A DNA stretch of 64,000 bases. Origin: Emiliania huxleyi CCMP1516 (lineage: Eukaryota). Where the stretch lies: assembly GCF_000372725.1 (NCBI RefSeq), contig NW_005201192.1, positions 496,001 through 560,000 on the forward strand, written 5' to 3'. This document shows, one piece after another, positions 1 through 10,757 of the stretch (position 1 is the first letter of the stretch; each line of letters starts with the position of its first letter). Under the pieces are notes generated by a model. The model ran no database searches. It was not told where the DNA came from and was given only the letters and a program-made list of their open reading frames with translations. The translations under genes were made by a program, and so were the position numbers.

Positions 1-461
1 GCGAGTCGCGAGAGGCGCCAGCCCGTAGCCGCTACCAGGCTCTCTGCGTCTCTATCGATCTCTATGCCACAACGACTAAGCACGCTGTATTGGAGTTTTT
101 AAAACGACATACGTGTGTATGTGGGCGCCCCACCTCTACCTCTAGAGCGCCCCACACGCATATGCGCGCAGTTCGGGGTCGTTCTTGCGCTTGAGGGAGC
201 CGCCCCGGCTCGTGGCGCAGCTCTCGGTATACCCAATGGTAGGAAATTCATGACATAATTCTTTCTCACACGATGATCTGTGGGTGATGACATAGAGACT
301 GTGGCGGGTCTGGGCTCTGGCCCGGCGCAAGGGTGGCCGGGGTCCGGGTTTGAGGGAGCCGCCCCGGGCGCATAGCGTCCCTGACGCATCGGGTGGGGAG
401 TGGGGTGTGCAGCTCTGAGGCCGAGTGAGCCGCGGCCCGCGCGGACCAACAAGCCTGAGTC

Positions 462-1351
462 TCAGAAGCAGGCTGACTGGATGTTGTTGGGGCCGGTGTT
501 TGCTGCGTTGCGGCCAGAGCACTCGATACCCCAAATCGAGCAGTAGAAGGGGAGCGGGGTCGGCGCAAAAGGAGGAGCAGGCGGCGGGCTCGGCGGATAG
601 ACGGGGCAATATGTCGAGGCGAACACCTCCGGCATGTTCCACGTCTCGCCGTTGGGCCCGGTCCAGATGCCGTTTGCCTTGTCAGTCACGTCGTAGTGAG
701 GGGGTGCGATCGCCTTGAGGCCGCACTCGCAGCACGTCGCCGCTTCGAACCACAGTTTGTCGCACTCTTCAGCAGACTTCTTGGCCATGCACGCTGCATA
801 ATCAAAGTTCATCGGCCCGTCCTCAGCCCAGAAGTCCTGGGTCACGATCGTAGTGCCGACCAAAGTACAGGACACCGCCCACAGTGGATTCTTCTTCTGG
901 CACTCCGCCTCGTCCGCCCCCGACGTTGCGGTGGCTATCTTCTCGTAGGCTTTGTTGATGTTTGCCGCCTATGCCGGATACGAGCGCACCCCTTGCCTTT
1001 GTGCTGGCAGCAGGGACTAAGAGCGGGATGGAATGCCGAGGGCAGGTGTCCCGGGTCTTTCTCTGCTCAGTAAGCTTATCTCATACATTGCACCTCGCGC
1101 GAGTCGACAAGCGGGTCCACGTAGTCCGTCACCTCGGACACGACGTCTGGCGCCTCGCCATCTTCACCGGGGAACGGCCAAAACTTCTCACTCGGCGCAG
1201 CGGCGGTGTCGGTGGCGAGGCGCGTTTTGCTTGAACTCGCCGCGCCGAGCAGCTGCACGCCGAGCAGGGAGACGGTCACCACGCCTGTCCCCACTGCGAG
1301 CAGTAGTAGCGGCTTGGCTGTCGGCTGTTGGAGCGGGGTGGGGGTCTTCAT
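462..1351 (-). CDS. Cys-rich, Pro-rich membrane-anchored or secreted protein of unknown function (2 exons, intron ~970-1092)
   Basis: Exon 1 ORF 1076-1351 has a hydrophobic stretch (LLLLAVGTGVVTVSLLGVQLL) and a GAG|GTGCAA donor; an acceptor near 970 opens the frame of ORF 462-875 (many Cys, PPSPPPAPP). Confidence 0.5.
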
Positions 1352-2158
1352 TGCAGAGCGTAAAAGCGGCTAGCGGGGGAGCCGAACGAGTTTATTGCGG
1401 CGCAGTTATTGCGGCGCAGATTTGGGCGGAAAACTTTGGGCGATTTGGGTATGCGGATCGATCCGCCGCCACTCGTCACCGTCGGTCTTTAAGCTCCTTC
1501 TTGAGCACTTGAGCACTGGATAGGGCCGATTCCGCGTGGTACGGGACCCCTCGATCGTCTCGCCCTCCCTCTCTGGCGTGTTCATTGGGGGGGGTCATAA
1601 CAAACACGGTACAGGATCGAGGTGCACGCTGCCGAAGCAGTGTCGTCCCCCCTCTCCCCGACGGCGATGGCGGTGTGACCGATCGAGCTACAAGAGGAAC
1701 TTGTTCAGCAGGATCCGGGTTAGTCTGGCGCACTGCCTCACACTGGGCCTGAGATCGCAGCGACGCTTCCCGTCACCGTCTCGGGTTTATGTGGGATCGA
1801 ACCACTCCGGGATGGGCAAGCCCATCGTTAGGAGCGCATCTGGTTAATTGTCAAAATTCCTGTTGTGCAAGAGGGGAGGGGGCTCTGACGGAGTGTGTGG
1901 TGGGAGAGGGCAGGGAATACTCCTTGGCCGTCGGGCAAGGGCCCGAGTCGGCCAGATCCAGTGCTGTCTGTGCACTAGGTCGATCTGCGAAAGCCACGCG
2001 CTTGACCGCGTGAACCGCGTCGAGCGTCGCCACCGGGTCAATATGCTCCGCAAAGCGCACAGCGCGCCGCCGCCGCGCCTCGGCCGCCGCCGCCGGCTCG
2101 AGCTGCTGAACGCAGCCGCCGTTGACGATAGCGAGCCGAGGTGCGGTGGGCGGAGGAC

Positions 2159-3730
2159 TCAGGCCTGTCGCGGCTTCTTGCCGCTCGGGGCCGCCGCCTG
2201 CCGACCGAAAGACTTCGGCGGAGGAGGGCAAAGGCCGAGCTCGACGTGTTCCTTGAACGGGATGGTGAGCTTGTGCGGCGGCGTGCCCGGTACAAAGGTG
2301 CTGCATTTGCACCACTGCATGGTGCCTGGTGAACGCTGCACCGCATATATGACGCAGGCCCCCTCCGCCTCGGCCGCGCCGTACTTGCTCGCCAATGCCC
2401 CGGCGATGAGCGGGCGCGAGTAGGTCACAGAGGAGCCGAAAGCAAAGCCTGCGGAGCCGTCGAGGCGAAGCTCGCCACTCCGGTCCCGCACCGCCCCGTC
2501 GCCCGCACCCTTCTTGTTCTTCTTCTTGGGCGGCTGCGGCGGCTGCGGCGGCTGCGGCGGCTGCGGCGGCTGCGGCTTGGGAGGCGCGGTGCCTGATGGC
2601 GCCCCGGCCGCGTACCTCGCCCGTCGCTCCTCCTCCATATCCTGCTCCTCCTTCAAGTGCCGCTTGCGACGACAGATCGTGTCGTCGAGCTCGGAGAGGT
2701 ACTTGTCATACTCGTCCTTGGCGCGCAGGGTCTCCCCGATGAAGGACAACGAGCGCGCCGTGTTGCTGTCGTGCGACGCCCGCAGCCGTAGTTCCGCCTC
2801 CGTGAAGGCCGCCTCCACGAGCTCGGCCGCGTTCGTAGCCCCGGTGACCAGCACTCCGTTGGCGCGCGCCTTGCGCAGGTTCGGCTCAATGAAGGCCATG
2901 AGCGAAGAGTAGCTGTTATCGGCGTCCATCGGCAGACCGATGCAGTGCAAAAGCCGGGGGACATACATCATGTGCGCCATCAGCCGCACCGGGTCCCTCA
3001 TGACGTCGACCAGCGTCATCGGCTGGATCGTGCTCTCGGCAACCGGGATCCGCTGCAGATGCTCTCCCGCCGTGTGCCGCAGGATCGGGCAGACGAAGTC
3101 CTTATCGAAATCGATCCCGCCCAGATTCCCGAGCTTGAGGCTGGCGATGGAGGTGGCGCTGAACGCGCCAACCTTCATGTCGGTGAGAGACACGTCCTTG
3201 GAGTTGTGCTCGTCGGTGGCGAGGGCGTCCATGAAGAACTCGTCCCAGCGCCGCGGTATCTCCGCGTCTCGCTCCCGCACCATCCCGGAGGGGAGCCCGA
3301 CCACTGTACGGCTGATGCCGAGCACCCACTTGCAGGCCTTGACGCAACCCGAGCGCAGGACCAGCTCGATGAACTCGTTGTTCGAGCCACCGTCGGCCTG
3401 CCACTGCTGAATGTCGGTCATAAGCTGAACCAGTCGGGCCTGCCCGTCGGACGAGGCAGCAGAGAGATCCGCGGCATTCGATTCGGGGCCCTGCGTTGCG
3501 CTAGCAGCGGAGAGGCGCTCTTGCAGATAGTCGAGATTGACTGCTGGCTCGACATCCTGCCAGTGTCCGTCGTTCTTGACCAGCCTCGCCTCCACCAGCG
3601 GAAGGGTGTCGAAGCTGACGCTCTGGCCGGGGCAAAGCAGGGCAGCCAGTGCCGTGAAATGGCTGAATGCCCCGTGCCCCGACCCTGTCCACTTGGCAAT
3701 GTTCGGGTGGGCCTCAGTAATAAAGCCCAA
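2159..3730 (-). CDS. Gag/ORF1-like protein of a probable degenerate retroelement; may have upstream exons to ~4416
   Basis: 523-aa intronless ORF with coding-like GC3 bias, PQP repeats, a Lys patch and a C-terminal C..CxC..H cluster; overlapped at its 3' end by a decayed second frame (1851-2315, 1476-1733). Confidence 0.45.
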   Translation of the reverse strand: MGFITEAHPNIAKWTGSGHGAFSHFTALAALLCPGQSVSFDTLPLVEARLVKNDGHWQDVEPAVNLDYLQERLSAASATQGPESNAADLSAASSDGQARLVQLMTDIQQWQADGGSNNEFIELVLRSGCVKACKWVLGISRTVVGLPSGMVRERDAEIPRRWDEFFMDALATDEHNSKDVSLTDMKVGAFSATSIASLKLGNLGGIDFDKDFVCPILRHTAGEHLQRIPVAESTIQPMTLVDVMRDPVRLMAHMMYVPRLLHCIGLPMDADNSYSSLMAFIEPNLRKARANGVLVTGATNAAELVEAAFTEAELRLRASHDSNTARSLSFIGETLRAKDEYDKYLSELDDTICRRKRHLKEEQDMEEERRARYAAGAPSGTAPPKPQPPQPPQPPQPPQPPKKKNKKGAGDGAVRDRSGELRLDGSAGFAFGSSVTYSRPLIAGALASKYGAAEAEGACVIYAVQRSPGTMQWCKCSTFVPGTPPHKLTIPFKEHVELGLCPPPPKSFGRQAAAPSGKKPRQA

Positions 3731-4606
3731 CCATCTAAATTCAAAGGGCTGGTCATGTAACGAGTTTCGTCACTCTCGTCACTCATTGCGATGTTCCTGC
3801 CGTGGCGAGCGGGGCGACCCTCTCCCGCCCGCAAACGCAAAGCAGCAATCCTCCAGCGCCCCCATCATGGTCTCGTGCAGAGGGATCGCCAGCGGCTGCT
3901 CCGGGCGCGGCGCCAGCACAGGCAGAACCAGCGAGGAGCGCGGCTTCTTCACCTCGACGGCAGGCATCGTCGAACGCGGCGGAACCTTCACCTGACAAGC
4001 GGAGCCCCCCAGGCAGAATTGCGAGCAAAGCGAGAGAAGAAAAGGCATAGAGGCGCCAGAGGCAGGGAGCAGGGGGGCAGGGGGGAAGAAAAATGCGCCT
4101 CAAGGGGTTGTAGGGAACCTCGCAGGGAGCAGCGATCCACGCCCACGTACTTGGGCGATCGCCCGACGCCCTTGTCGCCTCCACCTCCGGCGGGGGCCGT
4201 TGAAACTCCCGTCACAGACGGGTCGCCAAGCAGGTTGCGGCCCCCCTCCGCCGCCGTCACTTCGCCGTCATCGCTGCCGAGCCCACGCGTCTTAATCAAG
4301 GCTGGACTGCTCCGAAGTTCGCCCTGCACCGGCAATCCCTCCTTTGGGTGGTGTGCTGGCGCCTCCTCGCCAATCGGCTGCCCATCTGCGACCTCGTCAT
4401 CGAGGAACGGGTCCATGCGAGTTACCCCGCCACACCAGTCACGGTCACACGGCCAGAGTGATGGCGGTCTCAGTCGATTCGATCAGTCGTTGCGCGGGCA
4501 GCCCCGCACACGGCTCACGCGAAAAGAGTCGCAACTCGTGCGTCCCCTGCGGACCGCTCAGGAATTCCCTGCCCGGTTGTGTTCTCCCCCCCCCCTCCCC
4601 CCCCCT

Positions 4607-4628
4607 CTCATCTCTCATCTCTCATCTC

Positions 4629-4710
<82 letters not shown>

Positions 4711-4792
4711 CGCTCGCTCGCTCGCTCGCTCGCTCGCTACCCCCAACTTTTTTCTTTTTTCCTCGCCATGTGGCGGTGTGGACTGCGATGCG

Positions 4793-4870
<78 letters not shown>
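4607..4870. repeat. Compound microsatellite (TC)n, (TCGC)n, (TG)n
   Basis: Directly visible simple repeats. Confidence 0.97.
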
Positions 4871-4871
<1 letters not shown>

Positions 4872-5012
4872 GTGTCTCGAGAAAAAATACTTTGGCGAGC
4901 CAAAGCAGCCGAGAGATAAAATCTCCGCACAGGAGCCTAGCGCAGCGCGAACTCGCCGTCTGAGCCTAGCGCAGCGTTCGCTGCGCGACCCTTTCTTTTT
5001 TTCCTCGCGCTC

Positions 5013-7299
5013 GATGTCTCCGCCCGAGCGTCTCGGCGGGAGTCGCAACGCGATGCAGGCCACACAGGCGGTCGTGGTCTCGCTGGGGCCATTGGCACCT
5101 GCGCGAGCGGTCGGCCGCGGCCGCCGCCGTCGCCGGCGGCTCGGCCAAAAGCTGTGCGCGGGTGCCTCCGTCTTTGTGCTCGGCCAGCTGGTGCTGCACC
5201 GCTCGATGACGGCCGAGGGCGACGCCTCCAGTCAGGCCGCCACAACCGACAGGCCAGACCACGACTCGGCCGCCCGTGTGACCCCGCCTGCCGGCGGCGA
5301 GGCGAGTGGCAGCACCGCCGACCTCGACGCGCTCTACCCTCCTGAGGACGGCGGCTGGGGCGACGGCGGTGGCGGCCCGTGGCTGGACGCGATACGAGAC
5401 GCTTGGACTGCCTCGCTCGGTGGCAGCGGCGGCGGCGGACGTGGCGGCGGAGGTAGCGGCGGTCGGGCGTTGCCTCCGCTGCCGCGCCTGATCCACCAGA
5501 CGTGGAAGGACGCCTTCCCTCCGCGAGAGCTCTTCGCGCCGCGCTGGCGCGCCTCCCTGCAGCGGGTCAACCCCGGCTGGTCCTATCGGCTATGGGTGCG
5601 CGGATGGAGAGCGCGCGCGCGAGAGACAGAGAGAGGTGGCGGCGGAAGCGGCGCAGGTCGCTGCAGTTGCGTCCCGACTCGTCTGATCTCCTGCCTCTCA
5701 CCCGCCATCTCCTGCCTCTCACCCGCCGTCTCCTGCCCGCGACTCGCTGCTCATCACGCGCCCGACCGCCCAGTTGACACCCCCCCCCCCCCGCGCGCGC
5801 CCCGCCACAGACGGACGCCGACAACCTCGAGCTCGTCCGCTCCCACTACCCCTCCTTCCTGCCACTGTACCAAGCATACCCCTCGCCGATCCAGGCCAGC
5901 GAGCCGCCCCGCTCCCGCCCGCACCCGCCCCGCACCCAGCCGCCCCGCCACGCTCCCAGCCCGCCCGCCCCTCCCGAGTCCAGCGGGCCGACGCGGCGCG
6001 CTACCTGCTCGCGCACAAGCATGGAGGCGCCTCTGCCTGCACCTCGGCTGCGAGTGCCTCTGGGCGGAGCGGGGCGCGGATCCTCTCTCGAGCCGCGCGC
6101 GCGCTCTCTCTCTCTAGGCGTCTACTTCGACCTCGACTACGAGTGTTTCGCACCGCTCGAGCCGCTCGTCGCGGGCGCGTCGCTCGTCCTCTCCTACAAG
6201 GCGCCATATCTCCGCATATCTCCGCATATCTCCCCATATCTCCCCATATCTCCCCATATCGCTTACAAGGCGCGACCCGCACTCCCACCCGACCCGCGGC
6301 CCGCCCATTGCTGTATGCCACTACCCCTCCCCTTGCCCCTCCCCTGCCCGCGCTGAGGCGCCCTTGTCCTCTCGCACACGGCTCGCGGCACGGCCCCCGG
6401 CAGACACTTCTCGGCAGACACTCCGCTGATCACTTCTCTCAGACGCTTCCGAGACCAACTCCCAGGCACCTCTCCCGAGGCGCCTCCCCGAGGCACTTCC
6501 CTCCTTCGGCCCGCAGGAGGGCTCCGACTTTGCCAAGGGCGCCTCCAGCCCTCCCCTCCAGACAGACACGGCTCCTGGGGGCGCGAGATGACCCGAGATG
6601 ACCCCGAGATCAGGCGCCTCCAACTCCGTCTTCGGCTCCGCCCCATCGCACCCGCTCTGGGCGGTGGTGCTGGACGTGCTGCGCAACCGCTCGCGCACGC
6701 CGCTGTCGGGTCACACCGCCGTGCTCTTCTCGACAGGCGAACCCTCGGCCTCCGCACCCTCGGCCGCACTCGGCCACGCCTCGGCCGCACTGCCCCATCG
6801 CCGCCCCCATCGCCGCCCTCCTCCTCTGCACAGGGCCGGCGGTGCTGCGCGAGGCGCGTCACAGACTCCTCCGCCTCACACGCCTCCGCCCCCCACGCCT
6901 CCCCCTCCCCCCCCTCCCCCCCCCCGCCCCTCACACCTCACTGGAACCGGCGAGGTGAGGCGGGAGGTCTGAGGTCAGGCGCTGCGCCGGCTGCTGCGGC
7001 TGCGGCCGGGCGAGCAGATCTCGGCGCCGATGCTGACGCGGCTGCGCGAGACGCTAGGCATCGCCGTGCTTGACTCTGCGCTGCTCCACCCGGTGACGGC
7101 CGAGCGGAGGGACCTGTCCAAGGCGTCCGCCGAGGGTGAGCGGCCGCTCTCCGCGGTGTGCACGCACCACTTTGTCTCCTCGTGGGTGGCGCACAACTCG
7201 TCTGCGCACGCTGACACCGAGCGACGCCGGCGGGAGGGGCACAGCCACGCTGCTCTCGAGGGCGCGGGCCTGAGTGTACTGCAGGAGAATGCGTGGTGA
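5013..7299 (+). CDS. Glycosyltransferase family 32 (DXD motif, SUR1/OCH1-like mannosyltransferase), 8 exons
   Basis: Spliced motifs LPRLIHQTWK...W-TDAD...RADAARY...GGVYFDLD...STGP...HHFVSSW; introns ~5596-5810 (GT-AG) and ~5895-5983, 6027-6117, 6201-6515, 6539-6613, 6737-6833, 6854-6978 (GC-AG). Confidence 0.88.
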
Positions 7300-7496
7300 G
7301 TTGGGTGAGAGACGATATTGACATGTGTCCTGAGGATCGATGGAAAGATCTTGCGTGCATGTCATATTCTTTGCATGTCATATTCTTATCATATACGGCA
7401 TACGGCACTTCTTCCTTGTAATGTGCATGTATACATCGATATACGCACAGTGCCATCCTTCCTCATGCGACTGGCGCCGTGATAGGCGGTCAGGCC

Positions 7497-8245
7497 TCAG
7501 CCCTCACCGCCGTCGCCCCGATAGGGCCGGACGAGCATCCAAAGCGCCTCGCTCGGAGTGATCGCCCACGCCTGACAGGTGTGACCGGCGGATGTCACGC
7601 CGGTGTGCTCACCTCTCTGTGCCATCTCTCTCTGGCCCGCGCCTCGTCGTAGGAAGAGATGCGTCCACCCTCGCCGCCGAGGGTGTATCGCGTGCGCCCG
7701 CCGAGGTCGAGCCTCGGCCGCCACGGCAGCGCGAGGTCGCCCAGCATCCGCCACTCCGCCTCGACCGCCGCACCGTCGTCTACAAGGCGCAGCGACTTGA
7801 GCTCGACCGAGCGAGCGGTGGGCGGGACAAATCGCTCGATCCACGGGTCGAGGTTCGCGAGGTTGCGCTCAAAGGTGCTCAGACCCGCGAAGGAGAGCGT
7901 CGGGTCCGTGAAGGTGCAGTCCTCGTCGTATAGCTCCGCCGTGATGCGACCGCTCCAGAGGTATTCGTTCTCTTCAAAGTCGGTTCGCAGGCCCGCCAGC
8001 ACATCGCCAGCATCGAGTGACTCCTGCTCACGCCGGCGAGGTGCTGAGGGCGGCTCGCCGCCCGAGATGGTGTTGACGAGCGCAGTCAGCGAGGAGACGA
8101 GCCCTCTGGTTGCACGGCTAGTCTCGCTGATCTCATTGAGCTCGCAGCACACAGCGTGGCTCCTATCGACAGGCCTCGTTGCCATGCAGGCTGGCTGCGA
8201 CGAGAGTGCAGCCGCCGAATCAGCAGGAGTGCACAAGAGAATCAT
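7497..8245 (-). CDS. DUF2358 / NTF2-like (SnoaL-fold) protein
   Basis: YLWSG..LYDEDCTFTDP..SF.GL..F..N..W...LPWRP..G.T.Y..I....E-W pattern; last exon W-AITPSEAL... after a short intron; start uncertain (ATG 8245). Confidence 0.72.
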
Positions 8246-9848
8246 CTTCAACTTCGCCAAAGAGGTCGGCAGCCCGAGCGCCGTCGACCGCACCGACTAC
8301 GGCACAGCCTCCGGCAGCGCCCGGTGTCTATCTGTAGGAGTGACTTTAAGAAGTCACTTAGTGACTTCTCGAAGTCACTCGCCCCGCGCGCGCACAGTAC
8401 GTGCTCTCGCGGCCGGCCCGTGCACCGTGCGAGCCCCCGCGGACTCGGCCCCAGTCGGGCCGCGACGGGAGAGGCTCTTAGAGCAGCTTGGCGGCGTTCA
8501 CTTGGAGCAGTTGCACATTGGAAAATGGTTTTCTCCTTCCTCGAGACGATTGCGCTGGAGCGCTCGTCCCCGCGGGCAAGAGGCGATATACGGCGCTGCC
8601 TCCGCACCGCTACGCGATGACACAAGCGACGCAATCCCGGCGACATGCAGGCACCCAATGCTGTGCCGGAGGCTGACTGGTCGAGGCGGTCGACCTCGTC
8701 GTGGCTCTTCCACGCGCCGCCGCTTCTCGTGTGGACAGCTGGTTCGGCTCGGACGCAGTGGACAAGAGGACCACCACATTCGCTGGCACACCGCGGCCGA
8801 CGCTGTCTGCGCTCCCACGCAAGCGCCGGTATCCAAATCGAATGCATGCGTTACTGCGCTTACTGCGCGCCGCCGCCTACCTCAGACTCTCAATACCAAT
8901 GCGCACGCTCCGGCATCGACGACATTGGTCTGCGCGAATTCGAGGCGCCGTGCGACGTTTGAGGCGGACAGCCCTAGGCGACACGGCGTCTGTGCTCGTG
9001 TTTATTGTGCTCGTGTTCAAGCAAGAAGCATCAGTGCGGGTACATGCGGTCCTACCACTGCACACAGTGCTTCCCGGACCCGAGCCAGGTTGGCTATGCG
9101 ATCAGCCCGGTCGGGACCAAAGCTGGCGACCCTCACCGGCCCTGCTTTGCCAAGCACCTGCTCGAAGAGGAGCCGTCGCATCGGGCACAGCAGCGCCCCT
9201 CCGCCGCGACGCGGCGATCGTCCATCGCCGTACCGGCGACCTGAGCCTGCGCCTGCGCCGGCAGCGGCGGCGCCGGCCGCCGCGGCGCCGGCAGCCGCAG
9301 TGCCCCGTGCGCGCCGCCGCATCATCTAGAGGTGAGACGGGGTGAGTGGCGAGTGTGCGGCGGCCGGAGGGCGCGTCAGACGACCGCGAGGGCGGCCCAC
9401 ATGCGGAGTGACTTTTAGAAGTCACCCTGTTTCGGGCGTCTCACCGGCGTACTTGAGGTGCTTCAGACGGACGCAGTGGGCTGTCGGCAAGGTAGGTGAG
9501 TGTCTAGGGGTCGTCTCTAGGCTGGTTAGCCTTGATTTTGATCAAAGATCGGCGCAAGAAACGGTCGCGATGCCTCGTGTGAACGCTTGGAAGAGTGACT
9601 TCTCGAAGTCACTCGGTCCGCGGGTCCTACGGAGAGACACCGGGGCTTCGCCCAGCATCACCACTCGCAAAAAAAGAAAGAACCCCCCCAAGGGAGGGAT
9701 GGCACCACTCGCAACAGCTCTCGCGCGCCGCGGTCTATTTTCTTCTCAATAGTGCGAGGGAGTTTTGTTGTAAAATTCTTCTCAATATCTACGAGCCGTG
9801 AAAGCCCACACATCCGATATCCTGGAGCGGCTGTCTGTTAGAGACCTA

Positions 9849-10757
9849 ATGCTTCTCCTGGTTTTGTCGTGCTCTCTATCCCTCCTGCAACAGCCTCGCC
9901 CGCCGCTCGGGCTCGGCCTCCGCCCGGCGCTGCTCTGCGGCCGCCGAGTTGCGATCGTGATGGCTGCAGACGAGGCGGCGGCGCAGCGGGCGGAGCAGGC
10001 GGACAGGGCAGCAGCAGCGCTGGCACAGTTGCCACCTGGCCTGTACAACCGCGTGAGCTTTCAGAGCGGCGGCATGAAGCAGGCCTACGCGGAGGAGGAA
10101 TGCCTCGTGCTGTGGGAAGCGCTCAAGGTGCGAACCCCGTCCTCTCTCACTGCCACCCTCTCCTCTCTCTGCCACCCTCGCCCACCGCTCTCCTCGCGTC
10201 CAGGCGTGCTACCCAACCGAGGCGGACGCGCTCGCGGCAGTCGACAAGAACTCGATGACCGTCAATCCGTCGATGAACTCGCCCTCCAAGATCACCGAGA
10301 CGCACGCGCTTCTGGTGGAGCGCTTCGGAGCGGGCAAGGCGTCCGAGATCATCATGCAGAATCCGGGCGCGAATGCTGCACGACCTGACATCTCCGCCGT
10401 CCCCCATCGCAGCACTCCCGTCGCCGCTCTCAGGCATCCTCACCTGCACGGCGGCCGCGGTGGCGGCGCAGAGCGACGACGAGATCCTGGGCGTGACGGC
10501 GCTGGTGGCGAAGGTCGACGAAAACAAGGGCAAGGCGCGCCCTCGACGCGACTCTCCTGAAGCGCCGCCCACCCTCTCGCCCCGAGCACCCACCTCGCCC
10601 TCTGCGCTAGGCGAGGCTCCTCGTGCTCGGCGGCCTCCTCTCTGTCGTCTCGCTCGCCGGGACGGGGCTGCTCGCGCGGAGGCGCGACCTACGCGCGCGA
10701 GGTGTCTTCCGCTCTTCCAGTGAGGATGAGAAGCTGCGCCGCATTCGCAGCAATTGA
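9849..10757 (+). CDS. Probable plastid-targeted protein of unknown function with C-terminal TM, 4 exons
   Basis: Signal-like MLLLVLSCSLS followed by an Arg/Pro/Ala transit-like region; exons join in frame (LWEALK|ACYPT...QNPG|ILTCT...KGK|ARLLVLGG). Confidence 0.6.

Noticed and set aside
1785..1825. GGTTCGATCCC B-box-like motif (tRNA?)
   Set aside because: No cloverleaf, D arm or acceptor stem around it.
8500..9325. Possible minus-strand gene
   Set aside because: No consistent exon chain or motif could be assembled by eye.
7659..9329. 556-aa plus-strand ORF and many similar Arg/Ala/Pro-rich ORFs
   Set aside because: Shadow frames of GC-rich DNA, often antisense to real genes, with no motifs.
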